From the NCBI GenBank assembly GCA_041690355.1, contig JAWLHK010000002.1:124001-188000 (forward strand): a stretch of DNA of 64,000 nt, read 5' to 3'. Under the pieces are notes generated by a model. The model made no database searches and was not told the DNA's origin. It was given only the letters and a program-made list of their open reading frames with translations. The translations under genes were made by a program, and so were the position numbers. This stretch comes from a bacterium (lineage in GTDB: Bacteria > J088 > JAWLBW01). Shown here in pieces: positions 8,537-17,055 of this stretch (position 1 is its first letter; each line of letters opens with the position of its first letter).

Positions 8537-9721
8537 TCAGCGGATGGGCTCGCTGCGCGGCGAGAGCCAGTCGGCGATGGGCTGCCAGACATATTGCGGC
8601 GCCCCCGACCCGGCGATGAGGCCGATGTGCCCGAGGGGGGCATCGATACGGGTCTTGTCGCGAACGGGAATCTCTTCGACGGCGGCGCCGACGCTTTCGG
8701 GCGACGCTACCTTGTCGGTCGTGCCGACGACGACGCAGACGTTGGCCTGAATGCGGTGCAGCTCGACGTGCGTGCCCGCGATCTTGAGCCGGCCCTGGCG
8801 CAGCCGGTCGTCCTTGACGAAGTCGGTCACGAACTGGCGGAACGCGGCGCCGGGGTACGGAATGAATTCGTCGACCCAATTGCCGATCGTTTCATAGCCG
8901 GCGACCCACTCGCGGTCCCAGTAGTGCAGATAGAGGTCGACGTAGCGCGTGACCGTCGACGCCGGCGAAAGCAGCTTGAAGCCGGTGCGGGTCAGCAGCG
9001 GGGGAATGTTGCCGAGCTGCTCGAGAAACCACATCGTGCCCGGCAGGTCGGCGAGGCGCGCCAGGTACGAAAACGGCACCATGCGCGAGAAGTTGAGGGG
9101 GCTCCCGATGGTGACGATGTTGCGGGCATGCGCCTGTTCGCCGAAGTAGGCGCTGTAGGTGTAGCTCATGATGCCGCCCATGCTCCACCCCACCAGGCTC
9201 ACGTCGTCGACGCCGGTTTTCTCGCGGATCTTCTGGACCGCGTTGGGGATGAAGTCGAGCACGTAGTCGTCGACCCGGATGTTCTCGTCTTCCTTGTCGG
9301 GCACGCCGAAGTCGATCATGTAGACATCGAACCCGCGCCCGAGCAGGTAGCCGACCATCGAGTGGGCGGGCCTGAGATCGAAAATGCTCGGTATGACCAT
9401 GAGCGGCGGCACGATCAGAATCGGGATGCGGTACCGCTTTTCTGCGCTGGGCAGCCGGTAGTGCAGCAGGGTGCTGCGCTCCCACATCCATGCGACCTCA
9501 TGCGGCGTGGCCACCTGGGGTGTGAGCGGCCCCAGAAGGGCGCGCTCGAAGGCGTTCAGCCCGCGCCAGAACATCTTGTGGCGGGCGTAGTCGCGGCTCG
9601 TGCGTGCCGACTCGGTCGGCCGGAGCCCGCGCTTCGAGCGCTGAACTTCGGTGCGATCGCGATCTGCGGCGAGGCTGTCCTGGATGCGCTGGCTGCTCAT
9701 CGGTTCACTGCCCCGGTTCAC
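8537..9721 (-). CDS. PHA synthase class III (PhaC)-like alpha/beta hydrolase with a Ser nucleophile
   Basis: TPHEV, PILIVPPL, FDLRPAHSMVGYL, DVYMIDFG, GWSMGG, GTTDKVA, GHIGL. Start is GTG 9721 or ATG 9700. Confidence 0.85.
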   Translation of the reverse strand: MNRGSEPMSSQRIQDSLAADRDRTEVQRSKRGLRPTESARTSRDYARHKMFWRGLNAFERALLGPLTPQVATPHEVAWMWERSTLLHYRLPSAEKRYRIPILIVPPLMVIPSIFDLRPAHSMVGYLLGRGFDVYMIDFGVPDKEDENIRVDDYVLDFIPNAVQKIREKTGVDDVSLVGWSMGGIMSYTYSAYFGEQAHARNIVTIGSPLNFSRMVPFSYLARLADLPGTMWFLEQLGNIPPLLTRTGFKLLSPASTVTRYVDLYLHYWDREWVAGYETIGNWVDEFIPYPGAAFRQFVTDFVKDDRLRQGRLKIAGTHVELHRIQANVCVVVGTTDKVASPESVGAAVEEIPVRDKTRIDAPLGHIGLIAGSGAPQYVWQPIADWLSPRSEPIR

Positions 9722-10248
9722 TGCCCGAGGCGGGCCTCGGTGATTTTCGACGCGTAGGTGCTCGACGGAAAATCGCGCTGGAGCCGTGCGAACGACTTGT
9801 CGGCGCCGCCTGCGTCGCCCACGGCGAGCTGCAGACTCGCCTTGCCGTACAGGGCGCGATCGCCGTAGGCCGGCTTGTTCTTGAGGATCCAGTCGTACAG
9901 ATCGAGCGCCTTCTTATATTCTTCGGGGAGCTCCTGGCCGGCAACGTACCTCGCCTTGCCTTCGCGCACATACCATTCGCCGAGCCGCGCCATATTGTGC
10001 ATCCAGAAGCGCTCGCCGCGTTTGGCGTGCTGCGCTTTCATGGCCATCGCTTCGAGAATCAGCGTGCAGTGATCGGTGCGTTCGCCCTTCTCGCACTGAG
10101 CGCTCATGGCATAGAGTTGATCGAACGAAAGCGTCTTCACGTCTTCGGGCTTGAAGCCGGCCGACTGCTGACGAGGCTGCAGCGCATAGTAGAGAACGCC
10201 GGCAATCAGGGCCAGCAGGACGACGGCGAAAGCAATGGTTTTTTTCAT
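9718..10248 (-). CDS. Exported TPR-like protein
   Basis: N-terminal signal/TM. C-terminal ALYGKA...ADKSFARLQRDFPSSTYA resembles TPR (YfiO/CpoB-like) ends. Confidence 0.7.
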   Translation of the reverse strand: MKKTIAFAVVLLALIAGVLYYALQPRQQSAGFKPEDVKTLSFDQLYAMSAQCEKGERTDHCTLILEAMAMKAQHAKRGERFWMHNMARLGEWYVREGKARYVAGQELPEEYKKALDLYDWILKNKPAYGDRALYGKASLQLAVGDAGGADKSFARLQRDFPSSTYASKITEARLGQ

Positions 10249-10271
10249 GATGGTGTCACTCGCAAAGGCGT

Positions 10272-10280
10272 ATTATATCA
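10272..10280 (-). promoter_or_regulatory. Extended -10 promoter (TGnTATAAT)
   Basis: Minus strand reads TGATATAAT, ending 23 nt before ATG 10248. Confidence 0.6.
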
Positions 10281-10330
10281 AGCGCAATCTGATTCCCCCA
10301 CTCCGGCGGCGCACCGGCGGCAAGGTTCTC

Positions 10331-11173
10331 TCATGCCTGCCACGCCAGCAGAAACGCGCCCGAGACGACCAGAGCGAACCCGAGCCACTGGTGGCGCACC
10401 ATGCGCTCGTGGTAAAAGGCGGCCGCCAGACCGACCGCGACCGGCGTGAGCAGGCTGCCGAGCGGAGCGACCACGTAGGCGGCCCCACCTGCCAGGCCGG
10501 CGAGAAAAGCCAGAAAGGCCGCCGAATCTAGGAGCGCGAACAGCGGCGGTCGTGTCCGGTAGCGTCGCAGCGAACGGGGGTCTCCCCCCAGGACGGCGGC
10601 CCCCACGAGCAGCAGTCCGGTACCCCGCAGCACGGCGGCCTGCAGCAGGAGATCGCCTTGGGCCAGCGGAAGCTTGAGCAGAAAGAAACTCACGCCGAAA
10701 AGTCCCGCCGATACCAGCCCTTCGCGAAAGCCCGGGGCGTGCAGCCGGATGCGCGTGCCGTCCCAGGCGATGAGCGCGACCCCGGCGAGGGTCGTCCCCA
10801 TGCCCGCGAGCCCGGCAAGGCCCGGCCGCTCGCCGATCAGTAGAATGGCGAGCAGCGCGGTGATCGCCGCCCAGGCCGCGTTCGTGGTCGTCACGACGGC
10901 GAGCAGGCCGATGCGAAATCCGCGGTAGAGCGAAAGGTAGGCGCCGGCGTTGAGCAGGCCGACCACGACCCAGAGCGCAAGCGTGGGCGCCGGCGCCGCC
11001 GCGGCTCCGCGCAGGGTCCAGAGCCCGAGAAAGACCGGAAAACCGACCAGATACAGCCAGAGCAGGGTGGCGGTGCCGCCGTCGCGCTCGGCACGGCGCT
11101 TGGCGAGAAAGTCGGCCGAACCCCATCCGAAGGCGGCGCCCAGCCCGAGGGTCGCGGCCACCCAGCCGTTCAT
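10331..11173 (-). CDS. DMT/EamA family transporter
   Basis: About 10 hydrophobic helices; WGSADFLAK, YLSLYRG, YHERM...QWLG. ATG 11173 overlaps the upstream stop. Confidence 0.85.
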   Translation of the reverse strand: MNGWVAATLGLGAAFGWGSADFLAKRRAERDGGTATLLWLYLVGFPVFLGLWTLRGAAAAPAPTLALWVVVGLLNAGAYLSLYRGFRIGLLAVVTTTNAAWAAITALLAILLIGERPGLAGLAGMGTTLAGVALIAWDGTRIRLHAPGFREGLVSAGLFGVSFFLLKLPLAQGDLLLQAAVLRGTGLLLVGAAVLGGDPRSLRRYRTRPPLFALLDSAAFLAFLAGLAGGAAYVVAPLGSLLTPVAVGLAAAFYHERMVRHQWLGFALVVSGAFLLAWQA

Positions 11174-11634
11174 CGCGCCCGATCCCACTCGGGGTCGGTA
11201 TAGGCGCCGGGCAGGGGGGTGTCGGTGTCGGTTTTCAGCAGGATACGGGGATTGGCGTGCGTGAGACGGCGCAGGGGGAGCAGGTAGAGAGGTTTCGTGC
11301 CGGCGACGATGTTCTCGAAGACGACACGAACCTTGCTGCTCTCGCCCTTGCGCAGGAGATTGATGTAGGGGAAGCGTCCCGAAGCACCCTGCTCCTTACC
11401 CGTGTGATCGACGATGGCCAGGTTCTCGGGGCGCAGCGTGAACGCGGCTCCCTCGTGATTCCTGTATTCGAGATCGACGAAGACGAGGCTGCCCGAGAGG
11501 GTCGCTTCGAGAAGCGTCACCTCCCAGTCGTTGCCGTTTTCCTTGACCTGGACGGGGGTGCCGTATCCGGGGAGGGAGTTGCACGCCGCGGTCAGCAGCA
11601 CGACCAGCGGCAGAAGATAACGCAGCATCACCAT
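11170..11634 (-). CDS. Hypothetical lipoprotein (beta-sandwich-like)
   Basis: Lipobox LTAAC; overlaps both neighbours (translational coupling). Confidence 0.7.
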   Translation of the reverse strand: MVMLRYLLPLVVLLTAACNSLPGYGTPVQVKENGNDWEVTLLEATLSGSLVFVDLEYRNHEGAAFTLRPENLAIVDHTGKEQGASGRFPYINLLRKGESSKVRVVFENIVAGTKPLYLLPLRRLTHANPRILLKTDTDTPLPGAYTDPEWDRAR

Positions 11635-12206
11635 GAAGAATCCTCAGGTTCCAGAGACGGATACGCCTTGGCCTCGGCCGCATTCCACCCGATGATTGCG
11701 AGGGCGGGCAGGTAGGCGAGGGCAAGGCCGAACAGTATTTCGGGGGCCATCCCCGATGCAGACACGGTCGGTGCCAGTCCGGTCTGAAAGGCGTAGAACG
11801 TGCCGGCGTGGGTCAGCTCTTCCCAGAAGATGATACCGAATATCACCGCCGTGAGGCCAAGCTGCGCGGCGGCGAGCCACGCCGTCACCAGGCGCTGGGC
11901 GCGCAGCAGGCTCTGCGTCGCCAGGTAGGCGAAGAAGTAGCCCGAGAAGCCAAGCGCGGCAAGCACGATGCCGAACGACAGCGGAAGGCGGAGCGGCTCG
12001 ATCAGGTAGGCGAGGCTCCACGCGGGCAGGGCGTGATAGAAGTAGCCCATGACCGGAAGCTGAATGGCGATCAGGTAGAACGCACCGCGGAAGAAGGGCG
12101 CGTCGAACGGGCTGCTCGAAACCGCTTCGGCCGCGATGCGCCGGGCCGCGGCGAGGGCGAAGGCCGCGCCGAGCAGCGGCGAAAGGAAGAGAAAGAGGAG
12201 GATCAT
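11628..12206 (-). CDS. Hypothetical integral membrane protein
   Basis: ATG 12206 overlaps the upstream TGA; about 5 TM helices; PAWSLAYLI motif. Confidence 0.7.
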   Translation of the reverse strand: MILLFLFLSPLLGAAFALAAARRIAAEAVSSSPFDAPFFRGAFYLIAIQLPVMGYFYHALPAWSLAYLIEPLRLPLSFGIVLAALGFSGYFFAYLATQSLLRAQRLVTAWLAAAQLGLTAVIFGIIFWEELTHAGTFYAFQTGLAPTVSASGMAPEILFGLALAYLPALAIIGWNAAEAKAYPSLEPEDSSW

Positions 12207-14653
12207 GGCCGCCGCGGGCTCCCGGTAAACATCCCGGACGTGAGCGAGGTCGCGACGATACGCCCACGTCCCGTGCGCCAGTCTTCGTAGACGACGACAA
12301 CGCCGGAGCAGCGCGGATTGAATTGTCTGCCCGGCGCAGAGGCGATTGCCTCCGTGGGGGACCACCCGGCGGAGGTCCGGACCGCGCCGTGGATGTCGAG
12401 TTCCCCATCGCTCGACGCCTGCCAGACCGCCGCGGCGCCGCTCACCGCGCGGCAGAGGGCGGGTCGCCAGGCCGGAGCGCCGGCCTCCAGCGGAGCCATG
12501 TTTCCCGTGTCGCCGCCCGAGGCCCATTCGCCCAATCGATGCATGGGACCGCGATCGTCGACCCCCGAGAAGAGCGCGAGGGTCGTCGCGCCGTCGATGA
12601 GCACGGCGTTCGGGCCGAAGATCCGTTCGCGGTCGCTCGGGGCGTTCAGTCGTTCGTTTGCGCTCCACGTACTCGCGGCATCGGTCGAGAAGGCTGCGTA
12701 GATATCCCAGTGGTAGTCTCGGAAATCGGCCCACGTGACGGCGACGCGATTCCCGTGCGCCGCGATAGACGGCAGCGCCTGATTGTTGCGCGGATTTCCG
12801 GGCCGGTTCGCGACCATCTTGTCTGCGTGCGGCTCATCGAGGCGAATCAGCGTGAAGGCATCGGCCGCAGCCGTTCCCCTGGCGAGCAGGATGTCGCTGC
12901 TGCCGGCGCGCCGATCGGTCCACACCACGAAGAGACCCGCATGCGAGGCCGCAATCGCCGGGCTCCACTTGGCCGCGCCCGCGCCGGCGCCGCCGTTGAC
13001 GGCCGTGTCGAAAGCCTGCGATTCGGTCCAGAGGCCTTCAGCAAGGGTAAGCAGGCGCAGCGACGTCGCGGGCGCGTCCGGGTCGCCGTGTTCGTGCACG
13101 AAGACGACGTGAACCCGATCGGCCACGGCGGTCACCCGTGCGCCGTAGATGCGCTCTCCCGCGCCGGCGGTAAAGAGGTCGGTGCCGGCCGGCTGCGCGT
13201 CGGAAACCGCCGCATGGCGCAGGCGGCGGCCCTCGGCGCCGTCCTCGAGCCAGATCACGTGGCAGCGCGTCGCGGTGCAGGCGATGTCGGGGCGAATCTG
13301 GTTGCGATCTTCCCCCTCGGGCGGCAGCACCCAGGTTTCGCGCGCTTCATCAAGCGCCGCGCCCGTATCGGCGCGCAGGGCCAGGCCGGCAGGCGAGCGC
13401 GGAAGGACGATGTCGCCGCGCGCCGACGAGAGTACGTACTGATTCTCCCTCGCGCCGCCCGGCCGCAGCGCCTCACCATGTTCCCGCAGGCGGGCCCGGC
13501 GTTCGGCGAGCGGGAGCCCGATCGGATCTTCCGTCGCCCACGGTCCGATGTGAAGATAACCCGGGGTCGCAGGCTGCCCGATGAACGCCAGGGCCGTGTC
13601 GTCTGCCGCGCTCTCCTTGACCAGAGCGCTCTGGCAATCGAAGACGAGGTCGAGCAGATTGCCGGTCAGGCAGGGAAAGACGGAGTAGCGGAACGAATCG
13701 TAGGCCTGTACATGGTTCCACCCGCTCTCCTGCACGACGTCGGGCAGCCAGTCGCCGCTCTCCTGTTCGATGGCCCATCCGCTGAAGGCTTCGTGCTGCA
13801 GCGTGATGTCGGCGTCGAGATCGTTCAGGCGCTCGAGCACGTCGGGCATCCACGCATCTTTGCTGATGACCGGCCCCAGGCGGCCCAGGGGGGTGGCGAT
13901 GGGACGCATCTGCTCGAGCGGGCCGTAGCTCATTTCAAGAAGACTCTCTTCGGTCGGCACAAGGTAGGCCTTGCGCACCCGCCCGATCTCGTTTCCGTCG
14001 GGGCCGTAGACGACCGAGAAGTTGTAGACCTCTGCCTCGGTTGCGACGTAGCCCGGGGCGCCGGGGGGCAGATCGGGATCGCCGATTTCTGCGAGAACGG
14101 CGGCATCCGTCGTCGGCTCGTACGGAGCGGCGTTGAAGCTCGTGGCGACGTAGACCCCGTATTGCCGCGCAACTTGCGGAAACGTGTCTTCGACGGCGCG
14201 GGCGATGACGTCGGTCAGGGCCAGAAGCAGGCCGCGCACCGGCGGCGCGCCCGGAAACCGGGTCTGGTACCAGCGCAGCGGCGCCTGGTAGGACGTGAAC
14301 AGATGCGCGAAGGCGCCGAGCGCATCCGACTGCGCGCGCGCCTTTTCGCCCCGGGAGCCGAGAAAGGCGGCGGCCAGGGCGGCGTCTTCGGGAAAGACGA
14401 CGAGGTTGGGGACGGCGGCCGAGAAGCAGGGAACTTCGGACTCGATCGCCGAAAAGACGAAGCGCCGGTAATCTGCGTAGGTCTTCAACCCGGCCAGGTC
14501 CTGGCGCAGGCCGACCGCGAAGATGCGTGCGGTGGGCGTCCCCGCCGGGTCGGCGGCGATCTCGTAGCGGCAGGTCCGGGTCTGCGGGGCGGGGGCGGGG
14601 CTGCAGCCCGCGAGCGCGACGCCAAGCGTCAGAACGGCGAGTGCTTTGTTCAC
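12203..14653 (-). CDS. Lipoprotein: carbon-nitrogen hydrolase (nitrilase-fold) domain plus C-terminal beta-propeller/BNR-like repeats
   Basis: GTG 14653, lipobox LAGC. VVFPED, VYN, RVRKAYL, VISKDAW. C-terminal repeats of the PxI...VVWxDxR...DI type. Confidence 0.8.
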   Translation of the reverse strand: MNKALAVLTLGVALAGCSPAPAPQTRTCRYEIAADPAGTPTARIFAVGLRQDLAGLKTYADYRRFVFSAIESEVPCFSAAVPNLVVFPEDAALAAAFLGSRGEKARAQSDALGAFAHLFTSYQAPLRWYQTRFPGAPPVRGLLLALTDVIARAVEDTFPQVARQYGVYVATSFNAAPYEPTTDAAVLAEIGDPDLPPGAPGYVATEAEVYNFSVVYGPDGNEIGRVRKAYLVPTEESLLEMSYGPLEQMRPIATPLGRLGPVISKDAWMPDVLERLNDLDADITLQHEAFSGWAIEQESGDWLPDVVQESGWNHVQAYDSFRYSVFPCLTGNLLDLVFDCQSALVKESAADDTALAFIGQPATPGYLHIGPWATEDPIGLPLAERRARLREHGEALRPGGARENQYVLSSARGDIVLPRSPAGLALRADTGAALDEARETWVLPPEGEDRNQIRPDIACTATRCHVIWLEDGAEGRRLRHAAVSDAQPAGTDLFTAGAGERIYGARVTAVADRVHVVFVHEHGDPDAPATSLRLLTLAEGLWTESQAFDTAVNGGAGAGAAKWSPAIAASHAGLFVVWTDRRAGSSDILLARGTAAADAFTLIRLDEPHADKMVANRPGNPRNNQALPSIAAHGNRVAVTWADFRDYHWDIYAAFSTDAASTWSANERLNAPSDRERIFGPNAVLIDGATTLALFSGVDDRGPMHRLGEWASGGDTGNMAPLEAGAPAWRPALCRAVSGAAAVWQASSDGELDIHGAVRTSAGWSPTEAIASAPGRQFNPRCSGVVVVYEDWRTGRGRIVATSLTSGMFTGSPRRP

Positions 14654-14719
14654 GGAGGCACCGGGGATTCGAGTCTCCCACAGCATATCAGGTGCCGGAG
14701 GCCGATTCGAAAAACTGCC

Positions 14720-15160
14720 TCAGACGAGTTCCCGGCGATACAGGACGGCGTCTTCGAAGGGGTCGCGGTAGTAATCGCGGCGCAGGCCGACCTCCTCGAA
14801 TCCGGCGGCGGCGTAGAGCGACCGGGCCGCATCGTTACCGCGCCGCACCTCGAGGTGGATGACGGTGGTCCCCTGCCGGGCGGCCGAATCGATCAGGGCC
14901 TGCACGAGCATGCGGCCGATCCCCTTGCGGCGTTCGCCCCCGGCGACGGCGAGCAGCTGCAGGTCCATCTCGCCGAGCACGGTGAATGCGAGCACGAACC
15001 CGGCCAGGCGGCCGTCGGACTCGGCCACGAGAAAGGTCGCCATATCGTCGCCGAAGCGCTCTTCGAGCGACCGGGCAGACCAGGGGTTGGGAAATGCGGC
15101 GGCGTTGAGCGCCTGAACGGCCGGCAGGTCTTCGCGCCGAAGAGGACGGACGAGCACCAT
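14720..15160 (-). CDS. rimI: Ribosomal protein S18 alanine N-acetyltransferase (GNAT)
   Basis: FPNPWS, LAVAGGERRKGIG, LEVRRGNDAARSLY, GFEEVGLRRDYY, EDA. Confidence 0.88.
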   Translation of the reverse strand: MVLVRPLRREDLPAVQALNAAAFPNPWSARSLEERFGDDMATFLVAESDGRLAGFVLAFTVLGEMDLQLLAVAGGERRKGIGRMLVQALIDSAARQGTTVIHLEVRRGNDAARSLYAAAGFEEVGLRRDYYRDPFEDAVLYRRELV

Positions 15161-15174
15161 GCCGGCCCCCCCGG

Positions 15175-16176
15175 CTACCAGCGAATCAGGGTCGAACCCC
15201 AGGTGAACCCGGCGCCGAAGCCGGCCAGAAGCACCAGCTTGCCCGGGGCGATGCGCCCGTCGCGCACGGCTTCATCGACGGCGATGGGAATCGAGCCCGC
15301 CGTCGTGTTGCCGTACTTCTGGATGTTGTTGACGACCTTGTCTTCGGGGAAGTTCAGGAGCTCGGCGACCTTGCTGTTGATGCGCAGGTTCGCCTGGTGG
15401 GGCACGAGCACGTCGACCTCGTCGAGCGAGACGCCATTTCGGCCGAGAATGTCCTGAATCGTCTCGGGCAGCCGGGTGAGGGCGTGCATGAAGACGTATT
15501 TTCCCTCCATCTTTGGATACTGACGGCCCGGTTCGCCCCACCATTCCTGTTCGCCGAAGCGGTCGTGATAGATGGAGCCGGGCAGTTCGCACCAGAGTTT
15601 GCGGGCCTGCTTGCCCTCGCTGTGCAGGCGCGAGTCGAGAATGCCGCGTCGGTCGTCTTCGGACGGGCCCACGATGACCGCGCCGGCCCCGTCGCCGAAG
15701 ATGACGCTCACATCGCGCCCGCGGGGCGTCATGTCGAGGCCGGTCGAGTGAATCTCGGCGCCGATGACCAGGATGCGATCGTACATGCCGGTGCGGACGA
15801 AGTTATCGGCGATGGCCAGCGAATAGAGAAATCCGGTGCACTGGTTGCGCACGTCGAGGGCGCCGATGTTGCCGCAGCCGAGCTTCTCCTGAACGAAGAC
15901 CCCCGAACCCGGGAACTGATAATCGGGCGAGAGGGTGGCGAAAATGATGAAGTCGATGTCCTGCGGGGTCAGGCCGGCGGCGTCGAGCGCCTTGCGGGCC
16001 GCTTCGACCCCGAGGTCCGACGTGCCGACGCCGGGATCGACGTAGTGGCGTTCGTGAATGCCGGTACGCTGGACGATCCAGTCGTGGGTCGTGTCGAGCA
16101 GGGGCTCGAGGTCGGCGTTCGTCACGACGCGTGGCGGAACATGGTGGCCGGTCCCCAGAATTCTACTGCGGCGCAT
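15175..16176 (-). CDS. fabH: 3-oxoacyl-ACP synthase III
   Basis: WIVQRTGI, NQCTGF (Cys), FGDGAGA, PHQANLRI, YGNT, GFGAGFTWG. Confidence 0.93.
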   Translation of the reverse strand: MRRSRILGTGHHVPPRVVTNADLEPLLDTTHDWIVQRTGIHERHYVDPGVGTSDLGVEAARKALDAAGLTPQDIDFIIFATLSPDYQFPGSGVFVQEKLGCGNIGALDVRNQCTGFLYSLAIADNFVRTGMYDRILVIGAEIHSTGLDMTPRGRDVSVIFGDGAGAVIVGPSEDDRRGILDSRLHSEGKQARKLWCELPGSIYHDRFGEQEWWGEPGRQYPKMEGKYVFMHALTRLPETIQDILGRNGVSLDEVDVLVPHQANLRINSKVAELLNFPEDKVVNNIQKYGNTTAGSIPIAVDEAVRDGRIAPGKLVLLAGFGAGFTWGSTLIRW

Positions 16177-16383
16177 GGCAATCCTCGGTAATGTCGGGGG
16201 GAATCGAGAAATCAGGTGAGATGTTTTTGGTATAGCAGATCTCCCGACGAGCGGCAAACCGCGCGGGGGCGCGCACGGGCGGTCTCAGCCTGCTTCAGGC
16301 GGGCGCGCTCCGCTGCAGAGGGCATCGCTCAGACGGCCCTGCGGCAGGGTGAAACGCTGACAGAAGCGAAGGAGTTGATCTCA

Positions 16384-16412
16384 TTGACGGTTTTTGGCTC
16401 ACAGGCTATAAT
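16384..16412 (+). promoter_or_regulatory. Sigma70-type promoter
   Basis: TTGACG-17 bp-TATAAT upstream of ATG 16439. Confidence 0.75.
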
Positions 16413-16438
16413 TTCGATGGGTGCCTTTGGGGTAGCCA

Positions 16439-17050
16439 ATGGGTCTTATGAGGGCGTTTCAACTCGTGCTTCTGGCAGCATCGATGGTGGGTGCACTGCA
16501 GGCTTCTCCGGCCGCGGCGGATATCTATATGCACGAGCAGGACGATGGGGTCATCGCCTTCACCGACTATCGCCCCAACGGAAAGAAGAAAGTCGAAGTT
16601 TTCCTGCGCTCCGCGGCGCCCGCCAAGGTGCTCCGGAAGACCGCCGTCGTGAAGACGAGCGACTGGGACAGCCTGATCGTCCAGATGGCCCGTAAGTATG
16701 CCGTGGAGCCGGCGCTCGTGAAGGCCGTTATCCATACGGAGAGCAACTTCGACCCCTATGCCGTGAGCCGCGCGGGTGCCGAAGGGCTGATGCAGCTCAT
16801 GCCCGCGACCGCGCTCGAAATGCAGGTCTACGACAGCTTCAACCCTGAGGCGAACGTCGACGGCGGCGTGCGCTATCTGCGCCGGATGCTCGATAAGTTC
16901 AAGGGGAACATGCGGCTCAGTCTGGCCGCCTACAACGCCGGACCGACCGCGGTCGACAAATACGGCGACATCCCGCCCTTTGAAGAGACCCGCAATTACG
17001 TCCGGAAGGTTCTCGATCTCTACGAGCGCTACCGGGAACTTCATCCCTGA
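16439..17050 (+). CDS. Lytic transglycosylase (SLT domain) with N-terminal DUF4124-like segment
   Basis: VIHTESNF, GLMQLMP, LAAYNAG, PPFEETRNYV; signal peptide. Confidence 0.92.
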   Translation: MGLMRAFQLVLLAASMVGALQASPAAADIYMHEQDDGVIAFTDYRPNGKKKVEVFLRSAAPAKVLRKTAVVKTSDWDSLIVQMARKYAVEPALVKAVIHTESNFDPYAVSRAGAEGLMQLMPATALEMQVYDSFNPEANVDGGVRYLRRMLDKFKGNMRLSLAAYNAGPTAVDKYGDIPPFEETRNYVRKVLDLYERYRELHP

Positions 17051-17055
17051 GCGCC

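Noticed and set aside
12323-15457. 1044-aa plus-strand ORF
   Set aside because: Antisense shadow of the nitrilase-like, rimI and fabH genes; no motifs, and expected from high-GC codon bias.
16252-16285. GGCAAACC-GCGC-GGGG-GCGC resembling the start of a c-di-GMP-I riboswitch
   Set aside because: Lacks the GNRA tetraloop and the downstream GACGCAAA element; lies upstream of the slt promoter. An Infernal search would settle it.
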